Shown: positions 40,042 through 50,386, counted from the stretch's first letter. The stretch is 64,000 bases of DNA from an uncultured Gammaproteobacteria bacterium (GCA_964411255.1 CAYPKD010000002.1:34100-98099); one strand, 5' to 3'. Numbers and translations are program-made. Notes: generated by a model not told the origin, from the sequence alone.

Positions 40042-40557
40042 ATGGAATTATCAGAAGCAATAAAAAATCGAAGAAGTATACGCAAATGGAAAGACAAAGA
40101 CATTCCAAAGCAAATGATTGAAAAATTGATTGAAGCGATTATTTGGGCGCCAAGCGCGGGTAATTTGCAGGCGCGTAAGTTTTATTTTGTTTATAAAGAT
40201 GAAATAAGAATTAAACTGGCAGAATTCGCCAGACAGTCTTTCTTGCAGGAGGCGCCATTGGTTGTAGTCGCCTGCGCAGACAGAGAAAAAAGCGCCTGGA
40301 AATACGGGGAACGCGGAAGAGATTTGTACTGTGTTATTGACGCCAGTTTAAGCATTCAAAATTTGATGCTTCAGGCGCATGATTTAGGATTAAGCTCAGT
40401 ACCAGTGGGAGCATTTAATGAACTGGAAGTTAGCGAGTTGCTGAAAATGTCTGATAATTTATATCCATTTTTATTTATCCCAATTGGTTTTCCTGCTGAA
40501 TCGCCAGAAGCGCCAATGAGAGTGAGTTACACTGAAGCAGTAGAGGAACTACGCTAA
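40042..40557 (+). CDS. Nitroreductase family protein
   Basis: 'IKNRRSIRKW', 'APSAGNLQ', 'QNLMLQA..LGL'. Confidence 0.9.
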   Translation: MELSEAIKNRRSIRKWKDKDIPKQMIEKLIEAIIWAPSAGNLQARKFYFVYKDEIRIKLAEFARQSFLQEAPLVVVACADREKSAWKYGERGRDLYCVIDASLSIQNLMLQAHDLGLSSVPVGAFNELEVSELLKMSDNLYPFLFIPIGFPAESPEAPMRVSYTEAVEELR

Positions 40558-40639
40558 GAAGTGCGTACTTTGGGGCTTTGTAAAATTTTGTGGTATAATA
40601 TCAATAACAATCAGCAATTAAAAAATAACTATCAATACG

Positions 40640-41728
40640 ATGGCAATTTTTGGCAATAAAAAAGCACAATCATTTTTAGGAATTGATATTGGCGGCTCCA
40701 GTATTAAAATTGTTGAATTAGAAAATCAAAACGACCGGGCTAAATTGAAAAATTACGGATATTTGGAGAGATCAACACAGGCGAAAAAGGAAAGTTATAT
40801 TGATCAGCCAGATGAAGCAGCAAATATTATAAAAAAGATTATTCAAACCGCTGGCATTACTTCCACTCAGGCATACACGGCATTGCCTGCGCCTTTGGTT
40901 TTTAGCTCAATTTTAAATATCCCCAATGTTACATCAAAAGAATTGTCTTCAAAAGACAAAATAACTGCTCATGTTGAAAAAGAAGCAGAAAAGGTGATGC
41001 CCATGCCGCTGGCAGAAATGGTTTTAGATTGGAAAATTATTGGTAATGTTGAAGAATTAAAAAAGAAAAAAGATGAAAAGATAAATTTGAAGGTAATAAT
41101 GACAGCAGCAGCAAAAACTTTAATTCAAAAGTATGTTGAAATTTTTAAAAAAGCTGGGTTGGAGTTAATAAGTTTAGAAACAGAAAGTTTTGCTATGATT
41201 CGGGCTTTAATAGGAAAAGATCTTTCAACGATTACTGTTGTTGACGTCGGAGCAGTCAGTACAGATATCACCATAGTAGATATGGGAGTGCCTCATTTTG
41301 ACAGAAGTGTAAATATTGGCGGACTTGATATTACAAAAGAAATCGCAAAGGTTCTTAATATCAAAGTATCCCAGGCAGAGCAATTTAAACGTGACTTGGT
41401 AGCTAAACCAGAACTTCAAAAGGAAACGCCAATTAATTTGAAAAAAATGTTTGATCCAATATTAAACGAAGTTCGTTATGTGATTAATTTTTTCTTAAAG
41501 CAGCCGGAAAATAAAGGTAAAATAGTTGAGAAAATTATTTTAACCGGCGGCAGCGCTTATATTCCTGGAATAAATAATTATTTTACTGAGAGTTTGAATA
41601 TAAAAACTTTTATTGGCAATCCATGGGCCAGAGTTATTTATCCAGAAGAGATTAAAGATGTTTTGTTCAAAATCGGCCCACGATTTTCAATCGCTATAGG
41701 CTTGGCAATGCTCGGAGTTGAAAAATAA
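40640..41728 (+). CDS. pilM: Type IV pilus assembly protein PilM
   Basis: 'GIDIGGSSIKIVEL', 'VDVGA', 'GG.DIT', 'LTGGSA', 'AIGLA'. Confidence 0.9.
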   Translation: MAIFGNKKAQSFLGIDIGGSSIKIVELENQNDRAKLKNYGYLERSTQAKKESYIDQPDEAANIIKKIIQTAGITSTQAYTALPAPLVFSSILNIPNVTSKELSSKDKITAHVEKEAEKVMPMPLAEMVLDWKIIGNVEELKKKKDEKINLKVIMTAAAKTLIQKYVEIFKKAGLELISLETESFAMIRALIGKDLSTITVVDVGAVSTDITIVDMGVPHFDRSVNIGGLDITKEIAKVLNIKVSQAEQFKRDLVAKPELQKETPINLKKMFDPILNEVRYVINFFLKQPENKGKIVEKIILTGGSAYIPGINNYFTESLNIKTFIGNPWARVIYPEEIKDVLFKIGPRFSIAIGLAMLGVEK

Positions 41729-41820
41729 TGTGAGAAGGCTTCCAATTTCAAATTTTTAATTTCGTAACGTCATAACTTCTCTAGCCTTTCTAACTTTTTA
41801 ACTTTTAACTTTAAAAAAAT

Positions 41821-42267
41821 ATGCCTGAATCAAAAGGTTTAACATTAATTGAAATAATAATTGCAGTTGCCGTGATTGGAATTTTAGCTACGCTGGCAGC
41901 AGTGGGCGTGAATAATTCTCAAAAAAAGACAAGAGACAACAGACGAATAGAGGATATGGTAATGATTAGAAGCGCTATGCAGCTTATTTTTAATCAAACA
42001 GGAACTTTTAATGACAATACCTGCACAGAAGGTGCTAGGGTTTCAGAATGCCGTGGAGAAGAAATTCTAAATTTAATAAATAATATTCAGGATTTGAAAG
42101 ATCCAAACTCAAAGGGCTTCTCCTGTGTTCAGGAGTTTAGCAAGGGGTGCGATTATTCATTTAAAACTTTAACAGCAGAAAATTACAGCATTTTATTTTA
42201 TTTAGAAACCGGAACTCAAGGTTATGAAAAAGGCCCGCATGTTTTGACAGAGCAGGGGATACAGTGA
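41821..42267 (+). CDS. Type IV pilin/pseudopilin
   Basis: Prepilin motif 'KGLTLIEIIIAVAVIGILA'; 'RDNRR..D'. Confidence 0.85.
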   Translation: MPESKGLTLIEIIIAVAVIGILATLAAVGVNNSQKKTRDNRRIEDMVMIRSAMQLIFNQTGTFNDNTCTEGARVSECRGEEILNLINNIQDLKDPNSKGFSCVQEFSKGCDYSFKTLTAENYSILFYLETGTQGYEKGPHVLTEQGIQ

Positions 42268-42456
42268 TCAGAAATTAGAAACTTAAAATTGCCGCTGCCC
42301 TGCTTGTCATCTCGAGCCCTTCGACTTCGCTCAGGACAGGCTCCGTCGAGAGATCTCTCAGATTAGTTTTGTATGATCTACAGCAGCGGTCCAAGTTTAA
42401 GGTTGAATCTAAATTCCCAATTATTAAAATAAAAAACCGGCTAATTTAATAGTCGG

Positions 42457-43353
42457 TTATTTGTTTCCTGCAAGATTATGCTCCTTAATTATTTTTATCG
42501 CATTATTAAAATCATATTTTTGAAATTGGCCAAGTTTTTCCAACGGCATGTTCATCAGCCAGTGAGCAGCAGTTTTTATTTTTTGTAATAAAAACGGTTC
42601 AACTATTCTTCCTAAATAAATGTATTTGTCAAAAATAAAGATAAATGCTGTTTGAACTCTAATTCCTTTTCGATATTTTCCATTACTTTGATCTTTACTC
42701 TTTAATGCTTTTTCAGCCTGATATAATGAGGCAATTGCAGAATTGAATTTTTTTAATTCAATATAGCAAAAAGCTATAACAAGCAGTTTATTAATTTCCA
42801 ATTCTGGATTTGTGATTTCATCAAGAATTTTCATTGCCTGGCGATATTTTCGTTGTTTTCGTAAAATATCAGCAAGCATTAACTTATTTTCATCAATATA
42901 TTTAGGAGATGAGCAAGCAATCGCTTCATGTATCATTATTTGTGCTGCTTCTAGTTTTCCTTGTGTTATCAGAATGCGCGCGAATAGTGAAAGCCCCCTT
43001 GAATCCATCCCAAATCTCAGGCGCATTTTTGCATATTCAATAGCTTCGTCCAGCTGGCCCCGAAGATATTTTATAATCGCCAGCTGCTCAAAACTGATGG
43101 GGCAATAAATAGTATTTGCATTTTTATATGCTTCTGCTAATGCCTGGTCGAGCAGTTGCAGTCTTACCAGACATTTAATTTTTATCACCCGAATATCAAA
43201 AGTTATCGGGCAAATTTGTTCAGCTTGTTCAATTAACTCCAATGTTTGTCTCGGATCTTTTAGATATTGCTTTTTAACAATTTTTTCAAGCGTTTTTAAG
43301 TCTTGGTAATTATCTCTGAGAAAATTTCCGATTGGCCTTTTTTGCGCCACCAT
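42457..43353 (-). CDS. TPR-like helical repeat protein (one module)
   Basis: TPR pattern; GGAGGAG SD before the Met at 43353; own TTGACA promoter. Confidence 0.75.
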   Translation of the reverse strand: MVAQKRPIGNFLRDNYQDLKTLEKIVKKQYLKDPRQTLELIEQAEQICPITFDIRVIKIKCLVRLQLLDQALAEAYKNANTIYCPISFEQLAIIKYLRGQLDEAIEYAKMRLRFGMDSRGLSLFARILITQGKLEAAQIMIHEAIACSSPKYIDENKLMLADILRKQRKYRQAMKILDEITNPELEINKLLVIAFCYIELKKFNSAIASLYQAEKALKSKDQSNGKYRKGIRVQTAFIFIFDKYIYLGRIVEPFLLQKIKTAAHWLMNMPLEKLGQFQKYDFNNAIKIIKEHNLAGNK

Positions 43354-43452
43354 TATCTCCTCCCGGTTATAAAAGATCAAATCAAGAAAGATTAACATTT
43401 TAGCTTAATTATGTCAAATAAATAAGAAAACCGACTAATTTGATAGTCGGTT

Positions 43453-45219
43453 TTATGGGTTTAGATTTATTGCAGCAAGCAATGATATTGCTGCTTTTGC
43501 GTTTTCATAGGTCTGGCGTATTGACGGTTTTACATGCTCATCTGTAAATGTGTAAATTAGATTCACTGCCTGCTCAAACTTTTCAAAGAGCCCTGGAAAC
43601 TGTTCTGCGTCATTAATAATAGATCCTGCATAAGTAAAGATAAATCCACACGTTGTTTTAATGAAATGTACTGAATATTCAGTGAAATCCATCATTCTTT
43701 GCGCTTTATCAAAATCCATAAACGCTTCTTTGTATCTTTTAAGCCTTAAATTGCAAAAGGCGCGAAGTAAGTATATGTCAAGCGTTCTTTTGTTAACATC
43801 CTGTAAAATTTTGAAAGTTTCTACGTATTTGCCACTGGTAAATAGGATATCAGCCAAAAGCAGCTTATTTTTGTCACTTAGTTTTCTTTTTTTGCCTTTT
43901 GGAGTAAAGCGCATTTTTTTTGCAGTTTGTTCTGCTTTATCTAATTCTCCTCTTGCTTTGTAAACAATTGCAAGATGTGAGAGAGCAGTGGCGATTGGTT
44001 CTATCTCAACATATTTTTTTGCCATTTCCAGAGCTTCATCCAGGCGATTCATATTAATACAGATTGTTGCTATTAATCCGTAGTTTGCTCCAATAGGATC
44101 TAATTCTAAGATTGTTTGAGCTGTTTCATATGCTTTTTGAAGCTGCCCAGCATTCTTGTATGCTATTGCTAATAAGCTTTGTGTTCTATTATTTGGATGT
44201 AAATCATGATTGAGTTTTGCTATTTCTAAAGCCTGATCAAACATTTCTAATTTAAGTAAGCAACGAGTCTTTAATCCTAAAAGTCTTGCATTTTGAGGAT
44301 TGTTCTCCTCAGCCTTTAATATACATTCCATAGCCCAGTTAGGATTATTGTCAATGCTGCGCATTGCTTTATCTAACAGCAATTTGACATATTTTTGGTC
44401 ATTATCCTCATGCTGTTGTAGGGCCAAATCTAATTCTTCGATATCTTTTTCCTTAACCATAAGCTGAGGCCTGATGCCTAATTTTTTCATTTTTTCTAAA
44501 GCACTTTCATAATCCTTTTTCTGATATATCCCAAGCCTTGAAGTGTCCAGTTGCGTAAACCAATTGGCAGCAATGCTGGCTTTTTCTCTAATTTTTTTTC
44601 CGGCTTTGCCAAATTGTCTTGATGTTCCGTATAAAAAAATATAACCAGCAAATAATCTGACATGAGGAAATGGATTGTGCAGACTTTGCTCTGGTGCCAG
44701 CTCCTCTGCTTTTTCCAAGGCTTGAAAAGATTGGCCAAATTCAAATAAATGCATGTAACAATATGCTCGACAAAGCTCATTGCCCATTCTATTATTTGCT
44801 ACATCAATTTGATCTAAAATCTCTAAAGCTTCCTGATATAGTTTTCTTTTTCGAAGAATTTCAGCCAGTAATTTTTGATAGTATGGCATGTTTCTTTTTG
44901 TAATTGCCTCCCTGACAAATCTTTCAGCGTTTTCATAATCTTGCTGTGCATAAAGTACTTGAGCTAAAAGCGTGAGATTTGCCGCACTGGCTTGCCTTTT
45001 TACATTTTTTTTGGCCAGCCTTTCAGCTTTATCAAATTCACCTAAATTAACCAGTGCCTGAATTTTCGTTTTAATCAAATGGTTTGGATTACTTGCTGAT
45101 TTATCAATAATTTTAATTGTTTTTCCAGGGTCGCTTTGTAAGTTTTCTCTGGCCTCAAGCTCTGTCATAAGTTCAGCTATATCGCCTTGAGTTGCTTTTT
45201 TGCGGCGTTTTTTACGCAA
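43453..45219 (-). CDS. TPR-like helical repeat protein (two modules), paralog of 42457-43353
   Basis: 'KLLAEILRK..YQEALEILD...RAYCY' and 'KLLLADILF...RAFCN'; TTG start after AGGAGG; matching terminator. Confidence 0.75.
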   Translation of the reverse strand: MRKKRRKKATQGDIAELMTELEARENLQSDPGKTIKIIDKSASNPNHLIKTKIQALVNLGEFDKAERLAKKNVKRQASAANLTLLAQVLYAQQDYENAERFVREAITKRNMPYYQKLLAEILRKRKLYQEALEILDQIDVANNRMGNELCRAYCYMHLFEFGQSFQALEKAEELAPEQSLHNPFPHVRLFAGYIFLYGTSRQFGKAGKKIREKASIAANWFTQLDTSRLGIYQKKDYESALEKMKKLGIRPQLMVKEKDIEELDLALQQHEDNDQKYVKLLLDKAMRSIDNNPNWAMECILKAEENNPQNARLLGLKTRCLLKLEMFDQALEIAKLNHDLHPNNRTQSLLAIAYKNAGQLQKAYETAQTILELDPIGANYGLIATICINMNRLDEALEMAKKYVEIEPIATALSHLAIVYKARGELDKAEQTAKKMRFTPKGKKRKLSDKNKLLLADILFTSGKYVETFKILQDVNKRTLDIYLLRAFCNLRLKRYKEAFMDFDKAQRMMDFTEYSVHFIKTTCGFIFTYAGSIINDAEQFPGLFEKFEQAVNLIYTFTDEHVKPSIRQTYENAKAAISLLAAINLNP

Positions 45220-45353
45220 TTTACGCCCTCCTGATCTATGATTTCAATGTTCTGGAATAGTAAATTTTAATACATTTATTAGAATTTGTCAATAATATAT
45301 GGACGATATGCTATTTTTATAGTAAAATTAATAGTGAAATTAAATGAAAAAAT

Positions 45354-46256
45354 ATGAAAAAAGCATTTTTAGTAATTTTCGTAATTATTTTAGTGCTTGG
45401 TATTGGAGGGTGCCAGCGATTACAAAAAAACGATTTGGAGGAGGATTTAAATAAACCAGATGTTGAGCAGGATGAAGAAGGCGAAATAAGTGATGCAGTC
45501 ATTGAATATGACGGGCTGATTGTCAGAGATGAAGACGATTATGTTTTGATTTCAGAAGGAGAGGAAATAGCGCTGATTGAGTTTAGCGGCATTGAAAATT
45601 ATTTGGATTCAAAAGTGAAGGTTTTTGGTCAGAATAAATATGATGGGCTTGAAGTTCAAAAAATCCAGATATGGAAACAAGGCCGGCTATTGAGCGTGGT
45701 TGGAAATTTATATTTGACTCTGGACAAAGGCGATCATTTATTGCTTCAGGGATCAGTGGTGCCTGAACTAATGGAAAAGTATGTGGGCAGAGAGGCAAAA
45801 CTTTTAGGTCAGTTTGCTGACAAGGGAGCATACAAATTTAAAATTTTAGAATATTATATTCAGGGAGTGAAAACCGATGTTTATCAGGAGTATAAAAATG
45901 ACAAGTTTGGATTTAAATTAAGATACCCGGCAGACTGGGAAGTTATTGAGGACCAGATAGATGTCGGCCATGAAGCGTATAATATTACTTTCAAAAAAGT
46001 CGAAACTGAAATAAATTTAATTTTGCAAAAGGAAATTCCACGGCCAGCGCTGGAAGACGATGATATTGAAAAGCAGCTTTTGCCAAGTGGGCTGGCAGTT
46101 CAATTGTATCATGATACTGAAGACAGAGACGGAGCTGAAGTTGACCGAGTGATCTTTGCTTTGCCAGAAAGCGATTATGATTTTTATATCGCTGGTTTTG
46201 GCAATGTGTTTAACCAGGTTTACCAGAGTATTGAATTGTTAGGGGATAGAGGCTAA
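45354..46256 (+). CDS. Lipoprotein with a PsbP-like C-terminal segment
   Basis: Lipobox 'IGGC'; 'YKNDKFGFKLRYPADW'. Confidence 0.7.
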   Translation: MKKAFLVIFVIILVLGIGGCQRLQKNDLEEDLNKPDVEQDEEGEISDAVIEYDGLIVRDEDDYVLISEGEEIALIEFSGIENYLDSKVKVFGQNKYDGLEVQKIQIWKQGRLLSVVGNLYLTLDKGDHLLLQGSVVPELMEKYVGREAKLLGQFADKGAYKFKILEYYIQGVKTDVYQEYKNDKFGFKLRYPADWEVIEDQIDVGHEAYNITFKKVETEINLILQKEIPRPALEDDDIEKQLLPSGLAVQLYHDTEDRDGAEVDRVIFALPESDYDFYIAGFGNVFNQVYQSIELLGDRG

Positions 46257-46327
46257 TAAATCCCTGATCCTGTACCCTGAAACCTGTATCCACTTACTCA
46301 TTACTCTTTACCCATTACTAAACATAT

Positions 46328-47545
46328 ATGAAAAAATTGCTTGTCATTATTTTATTAAGTGTTTTAATTTTGCCTGCATTGGCCTTTGCTGAGGCGCCGG
46401 TGAGGCATATTCAATTTAATCAGGAGACATTAAATAAAGGATTCACTGTAAAAAGCTATGATGATAATCTATGGCTGCCGATTTTTCCGCAGCAGTTTAA
46501 TTATCCTTTAGAAGTTAAAGTTTGGCTTCAGAGCATGATGTATATCCCTGATGATAAAAAAGCTGTCAGTAATGTGTACTGGTATGAAGTGCAAAATGGC
46601 CAGCAAGGTTTTTTGAGCAAGTCAGTTTTATTGTCATTGAGATATCAAAGTAATAATAATAGGAGTAAGAAAATACATTTTTTTGACAAATCCAGGCAGT
46701 CCTGGAGGCCTTTGGAATCAGAAGTTTATTGGGGTGATAAAATTGTAAAAGCCTGGTCACCTGTGCCAGCAGCAAATATTGCAGTGCTGGAAGACGCTTA
46801 TGATGTTCAGCATGATCTGACAGCAGCCTCTGCCATAGTTATTGACGCAAAAAGCGGTGAGATTCTTTATGAAAAAAATCCCACCCAGGTAAGACCCATT
46901 GCCAGTTTGAGCAAGCTTGTCTCAGCTTTGGTTTTTATGGATTATAATCCTGGCTGGCATAAAATGATGACCATAGCAGAGTCAGATAATGTGGGCGGAG
47001 CCAGCTTGCCAGTTGAACCTGGAGATCAGGTGTCTATAAAAAATTTATTCATGTCCACTTTAATGGCTTCAAAAAATAATGCTACCAGAGCTTTGATGCG
47101 TTCAACAGGTCTGAGCGAAGCGCAGTTTATAGTAAAAATGAATGAAAAAGCAAAGGCATTGGGCGCGATTAATACTCAGTTTGTCGAGCCAACCGGTCTT
47201 TCTGAATATAATCTGTCAACTGCTCGAGACATGGCACGAATTAGCAGGGAAGCATTTAAAAAATTTGAATTTTTAGAAGCGACAACTTTAAAATATTATC
47301 GTTTTAATATCATCAGCGTAGAAGAAGAGGGAGGAAAAGAAATTTGGATAAAAAATACAAACAAACTGGTCGACCGGGATCTTTATTTGCTTGGCAGCAA
47401 AACTGGTTATACCCATGAGGCTGGCAGATGTTTGGTGACAAAGGCAAAGAACAATGACGGTGAAATGATCGCTTTAGTTTTAGGCTCAGAGATTAGTCAA
47501 AATTATGAAGAAGTTTATTTGTTGTTGAGGCATTATTTATACTAA
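46328..47545 (+). CDS. D-alanyl-D-alanine carboxypeptidase/endopeptidase (peptidase S11)
   Basis: SxxK 'ASLSKL', SxN 'ASKN', 'KTGYT'. Confidence 0.9.
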   Translation: MKKLLVIILLSVLILPALAFAEAPVRHIQFNQETLNKGFTVKSYDDNLWLPIFPQQFNYPLEVKVWLQSMMYIPDDKKAVSNVYWYEVQNGQQGFLSKSVLLSLRYQSNNNRSKKIHFFDKSRQSWRPLESEVYWGDKIVKAWSPVPAANIAVLEDAYDVQHDLTAASAIVIDAKSGEILYEKNPTQVRPIASLSKLVSALVFMDYNPGWHKMMTIAESDNVGGASLPVEPGDQVSIKNLFMSTLMASKNNATRALMRSTGLSEAQFIVKMNEKAKALGAINTQFVEPTGLSEYNLSTARDMARISREAFKKFEFLEATTLKYYRFNIISVEEEGGKEIWIKNTNKLVDRDLYLLGSKTGYTHEAGRCLVTKAKNNDGEMIALVLGSEISQNYEEVYLLLRHYLY

Positions 47546-47599
47546 CATCGATACTAATATACGAATTCATACTAATTATACGAATTATTTAATCGAAGT

Positions 47600-47833
47600 A
47601 TGAAATTAAGTGCAGAACAATTTAAAAAAGTGATTCTAAAAATTTTAAAAACACCATACATTCCTGAGAAAGTGATGAAAGAAATCAAAGGCCGGGGTTA
47701 TGGTGATTATTTTTATTATTCGATTAGTAAAGAAAAGGCAATTAATATTATCAAAGAGCTTAAAAAGGATAATATTTTGCCAAAATTGCCAACTGCTAGG
47801 ACTGCGATTAATAGAGTTTTGAAAGAAGGCTAG
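47600..47833 (+). CDS. Small hypothetical protein
   Basis: 77-aa ORF between repeat tracts. Confidence 0.45.
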   Translation: MKLSAEQFKKVILKILKTPYIPEKVMKEIKGRGYGDYFYYSISKEKAINIIKELKKDNILPKLPTARTAINRVLKEG

Positions 47834-48005
47834 ATGCGGACTGGCGCGGACTAATGCTGACCCTGCTGTCTTAAACGTCATTCCCAACTTGATTGGGAAT
47901 CTCTGACAAGTGCTGAATGACATAAAGCAGCGGCAAATATAATTCATTATGAAAGAACAACCCCAATCATAGTCATGGATCATGGAACATTGATCACATA
48001 ACGAT

Positions 48006-49097
48006 ATGAAATCAGAAAAACCACAATCATTAGAAAGCCAATTAAAAATGGCCCGCCCGCGGCGTGCTGAGGTTAAGCGTGTTCCTTTGACACCTGAAGA
48101 AAAGGAATTTTTAGGTGAGATAATGGATAAGGCTGTGGCAGCGGAAAAGGCTGGCGATTTAGCAAGGGCGATTGGATTTTATACAGATTATAAAAATGAG
48201 TTGTTAAAAATAAAAGATAAAAAGGAGAAGCTAATTGAATTGAAAGAGCAATATGAAGATCAGATTGAAACTCTTAAGAAAATCGGATTGATTGAACAAT
48301 TGCCTAACGGAGAAATGGGATTTTATGATATAAACGATAAACCAAGAAGAATCCCGACTTATGAAGAAATTTTAGAGCGAGTTGAGGCCAAGAAAGAATT
48401 TGTTGAAAAAAAGAAAGAACAAGGTTTTACGCAACTGCTTTTAGTGCCGTTTGGTATGAAATTGAGTGATATGGCCGAGAAAGCCAAGGAATTAATATTA
48501 AAAAAACATAGACAAGGTAAATTAAAGGGGACAAACGGAGATGAGCTTGAATTGAATGAAGATCAGCCTTTTTGGCTGGCAGAAGAGTATAAAGGGGGAG
48601 AAGTGGATATTGGTGAAGATAGCGATTTAGTTTATTTTCCAGAAAAGTATGATCAGGAAAATCACGGCGGAAAAACCAAGAAGGAAATTATAGAAAACAC
48701 AGACGGCTGGGACATAATGTTTATAGAGAATTTGCCAGATTTGCCAGCAGAAGGCAAGGGAAAAGAAGTTGGAGGCAGAAAGCAGTTGGAAGCGAATCAG
48801 ACCCCAAATCAATATTTAGAAAAAATGAAAAAAGAAGAGCAATATCAAGGCGAGAGCGGTATGACGCCAGAAGCTGAGTTAACGTATTTTATGCATTATT
48901 TGCAGAAGAATAACCAAGTAATTGATGACTGGCAAGGCAGTGGTAAAGTTAATTGGAATTTAGGCGGATATTTAAAAAGCGCGGGCGGCGTTTGCTGTTC
49001 TTTCTGGTCTCGGTCTCGTCGGCGGATGTTCCTGCTTTGGAACGTTTCTGGTGCTCGCGATGGCGATGGCGCGGTTCGTGCCTCGGTCAGGATTTAG
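48006..49097 (+). CDS. Shared-N-module family member 5, with C-terminal CLec-like DGR target domain
   Basis: Leader nearly identical to that of the 6534 gene; C-terminus 'WNLGGYL..AGGV..SFW.R..RRM.L.WN....RD...AVRASVRI'. Confidence 0.8.
   Translation: MKSEKPQSLESQLKMARPRRAEVKRVPLTPEEKEFLGEIMDKAVAAEKAGDLARAIGFYTDYKNELLKIKDKKEKLIELKEQYEDQIETLKKIGLIEQLPNGEMGFYDINDKPRRIPTYEEILERVEAKKEFVEKKKEQGFTQLLLVPFGMKLSDMAEKAKELILKKHRQGKLKGTNGDELELNEDQPFWLAEEYKGGEVDIGEDSDLVYFPEKYDQENHGGKTKKEIIENTDGWDIMFIENLPDLPAEGKGKEVGGRKQLEANQTPNQYLEKMKKEEQYQGESGMTPEAELTYFMHYLQKNNQVIDDWQGSGKVNWNLGGYLKSAGGVCCSFWSRSRRRMFLLWNVSGARDGDGAVRASVRI
48981..49097 (+). other. Putative DGR variable region (VR)
   Basis: Only 8 A in 117 nt and no codon ending in A, within an otherwise A-rich gene; NNY codons alternate with fixed A-free codons. 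Confidence 0.7.
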
Positions 49098-49160
49098 GAT
49101 CTTGACCTTTGATATTTGATTTTTCTTTTGTTTCAATTTTTTACTTTTTGTTTTTATTTT

Positions 49161-50342
49161 ATGTCAGAACAACCACAATCCCTAGAAAGTCAATTAAAAA
49201 TGGCCCGCCCGAGAAAGACTGAGGTGGCGCGCATACCATTGACGCCTGAAGAAGACAAGCGTTTGTTTAGAATTTTAAATAAAGCAATTGAAGCTGAGAA
49301 AAAAAGGGAATTGGCAAAGGCGATTGAGTTATATGAACAGTACAAGGAAGAGTTATTACAGATAAAAAGAGAAAAAATGCCATGGGATATGGAAAGATTA
49401 ATTGAATGGGCAAAAAAAGATGCTGGGATTGCCAATGCAGAAAGATGGGTAACGGCAAATTTTGAATATGATGAGGAAGGGAAATTGATAGCTATAAATG
49501 ATATTGATTTGACAGGTAAAGAATTAAAAGAACTTCCCAGTGGAGTTAGTTTTATCGGAGACTTGAGATTGACCAAAGCTAAGGTTCAGAAATTTCCTAC
49601 TGAATTTTCAGTTGATGGCAATTTATATTTGGATGAAGCAAGAGTGAAAAGGCTGCCTCCTGGTTTGGATGTTGGAAATCATTTGACATTAAAAAAATCA
49701 CAAGTTGAGCTATTGGGTGAAAACACAATAGTTGATGGCTGGCTCGATGTGACAGAAAGCAAACTCCAGTGCTTACCTGAAAATTTAACAGTGATTAGCC
49801 GTTTATATGCCTCTGGCTTAAAAAGCATAAAGGGTATTCCAAAAAGCTTAAGAGTAGAAGGAGATCTTAATTTGCAAGGCACTAATATAAGAAAAATACC
49901 TGACGATTTTAGAGTGGGCAATAGGTTAGTATTGATGAATACGCCAATTTTAGAGATTGGCAATAATGTAAATATTGGGGGCAGCTTGGTTTTGACTGGC
50001 ACTAAAATACAAAGAATTGGAAATAATCTTAGAGTTGGCAAGGATTTAGTATTGGGAAGGTGCTCAAAATTAAAAAGCCTGCCTCGAAATATAGAAGTTG
50101 GCGGCAAGGTTGATATTCATGATACAAGAATCGGGAGCATACCTCCAATGCATGTAAAAGGTGATTTGAATATTAGCTCAAATTACCGGATCAGTAATTT
50201 ACCAGATAATTTACAGGTCGATGGTAATATTAATGTTGGTCTGTGCAAAAAGAAATTATATGAAAAGGCAAAAAAATTAAAAGAGCAGGGGAAAATTAAA
50301 GGAGAAATTAAAGGGCAAATAGATCCAAGGCATAAAACATAG
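49161..50342 (+). CDS. Shared-N-module family member 6, with many LRR-like repeats
   Basis: 'QSLESQLKMARPR...LTPEEDKRLFRILNKAIEAEK'; about 11 'LP..L.V.G.L.L' repeats. Confidence 0.8.
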   Translation: MSEQPQSLESQLKMARPRKTEVARIPLTPEEDKRLFRILNKAIEAEKKRELAKAIELYEQYKEELLQIKREKMPWDMERLIEWAKKDAGIANAERWVTANFEYDEEGKLIAINDIDLTGKELKELPSGVSFIGDLRLTKAKVQKFPTEFSVDGNLYLDEARVKRLPPGLDVGNHLTLKKSQVELLGENTIVDGWLDVTESKLQCLPENLTVISRLYASGLKSIKGIPKSLRVEGDLNLQGTNIRKIPDDFRVGNRLVLMNTPILEIGNNVNIGGSLVLTGTKIQRIGNNLRVGKDLVLGRCSKLKSLPRNIEVGGKVDIHDTRIGSIPPMHVKGDLNISSNYRISNLPDNLQVDGNINVGLCKKKLYEKAKKLKEQGKIKGEIKGQIDPRHKT

Positions 50343-50386
50343 ACCCCATAACGTCTTAACTTCTTTCCGTATTAACGCAATATTAT

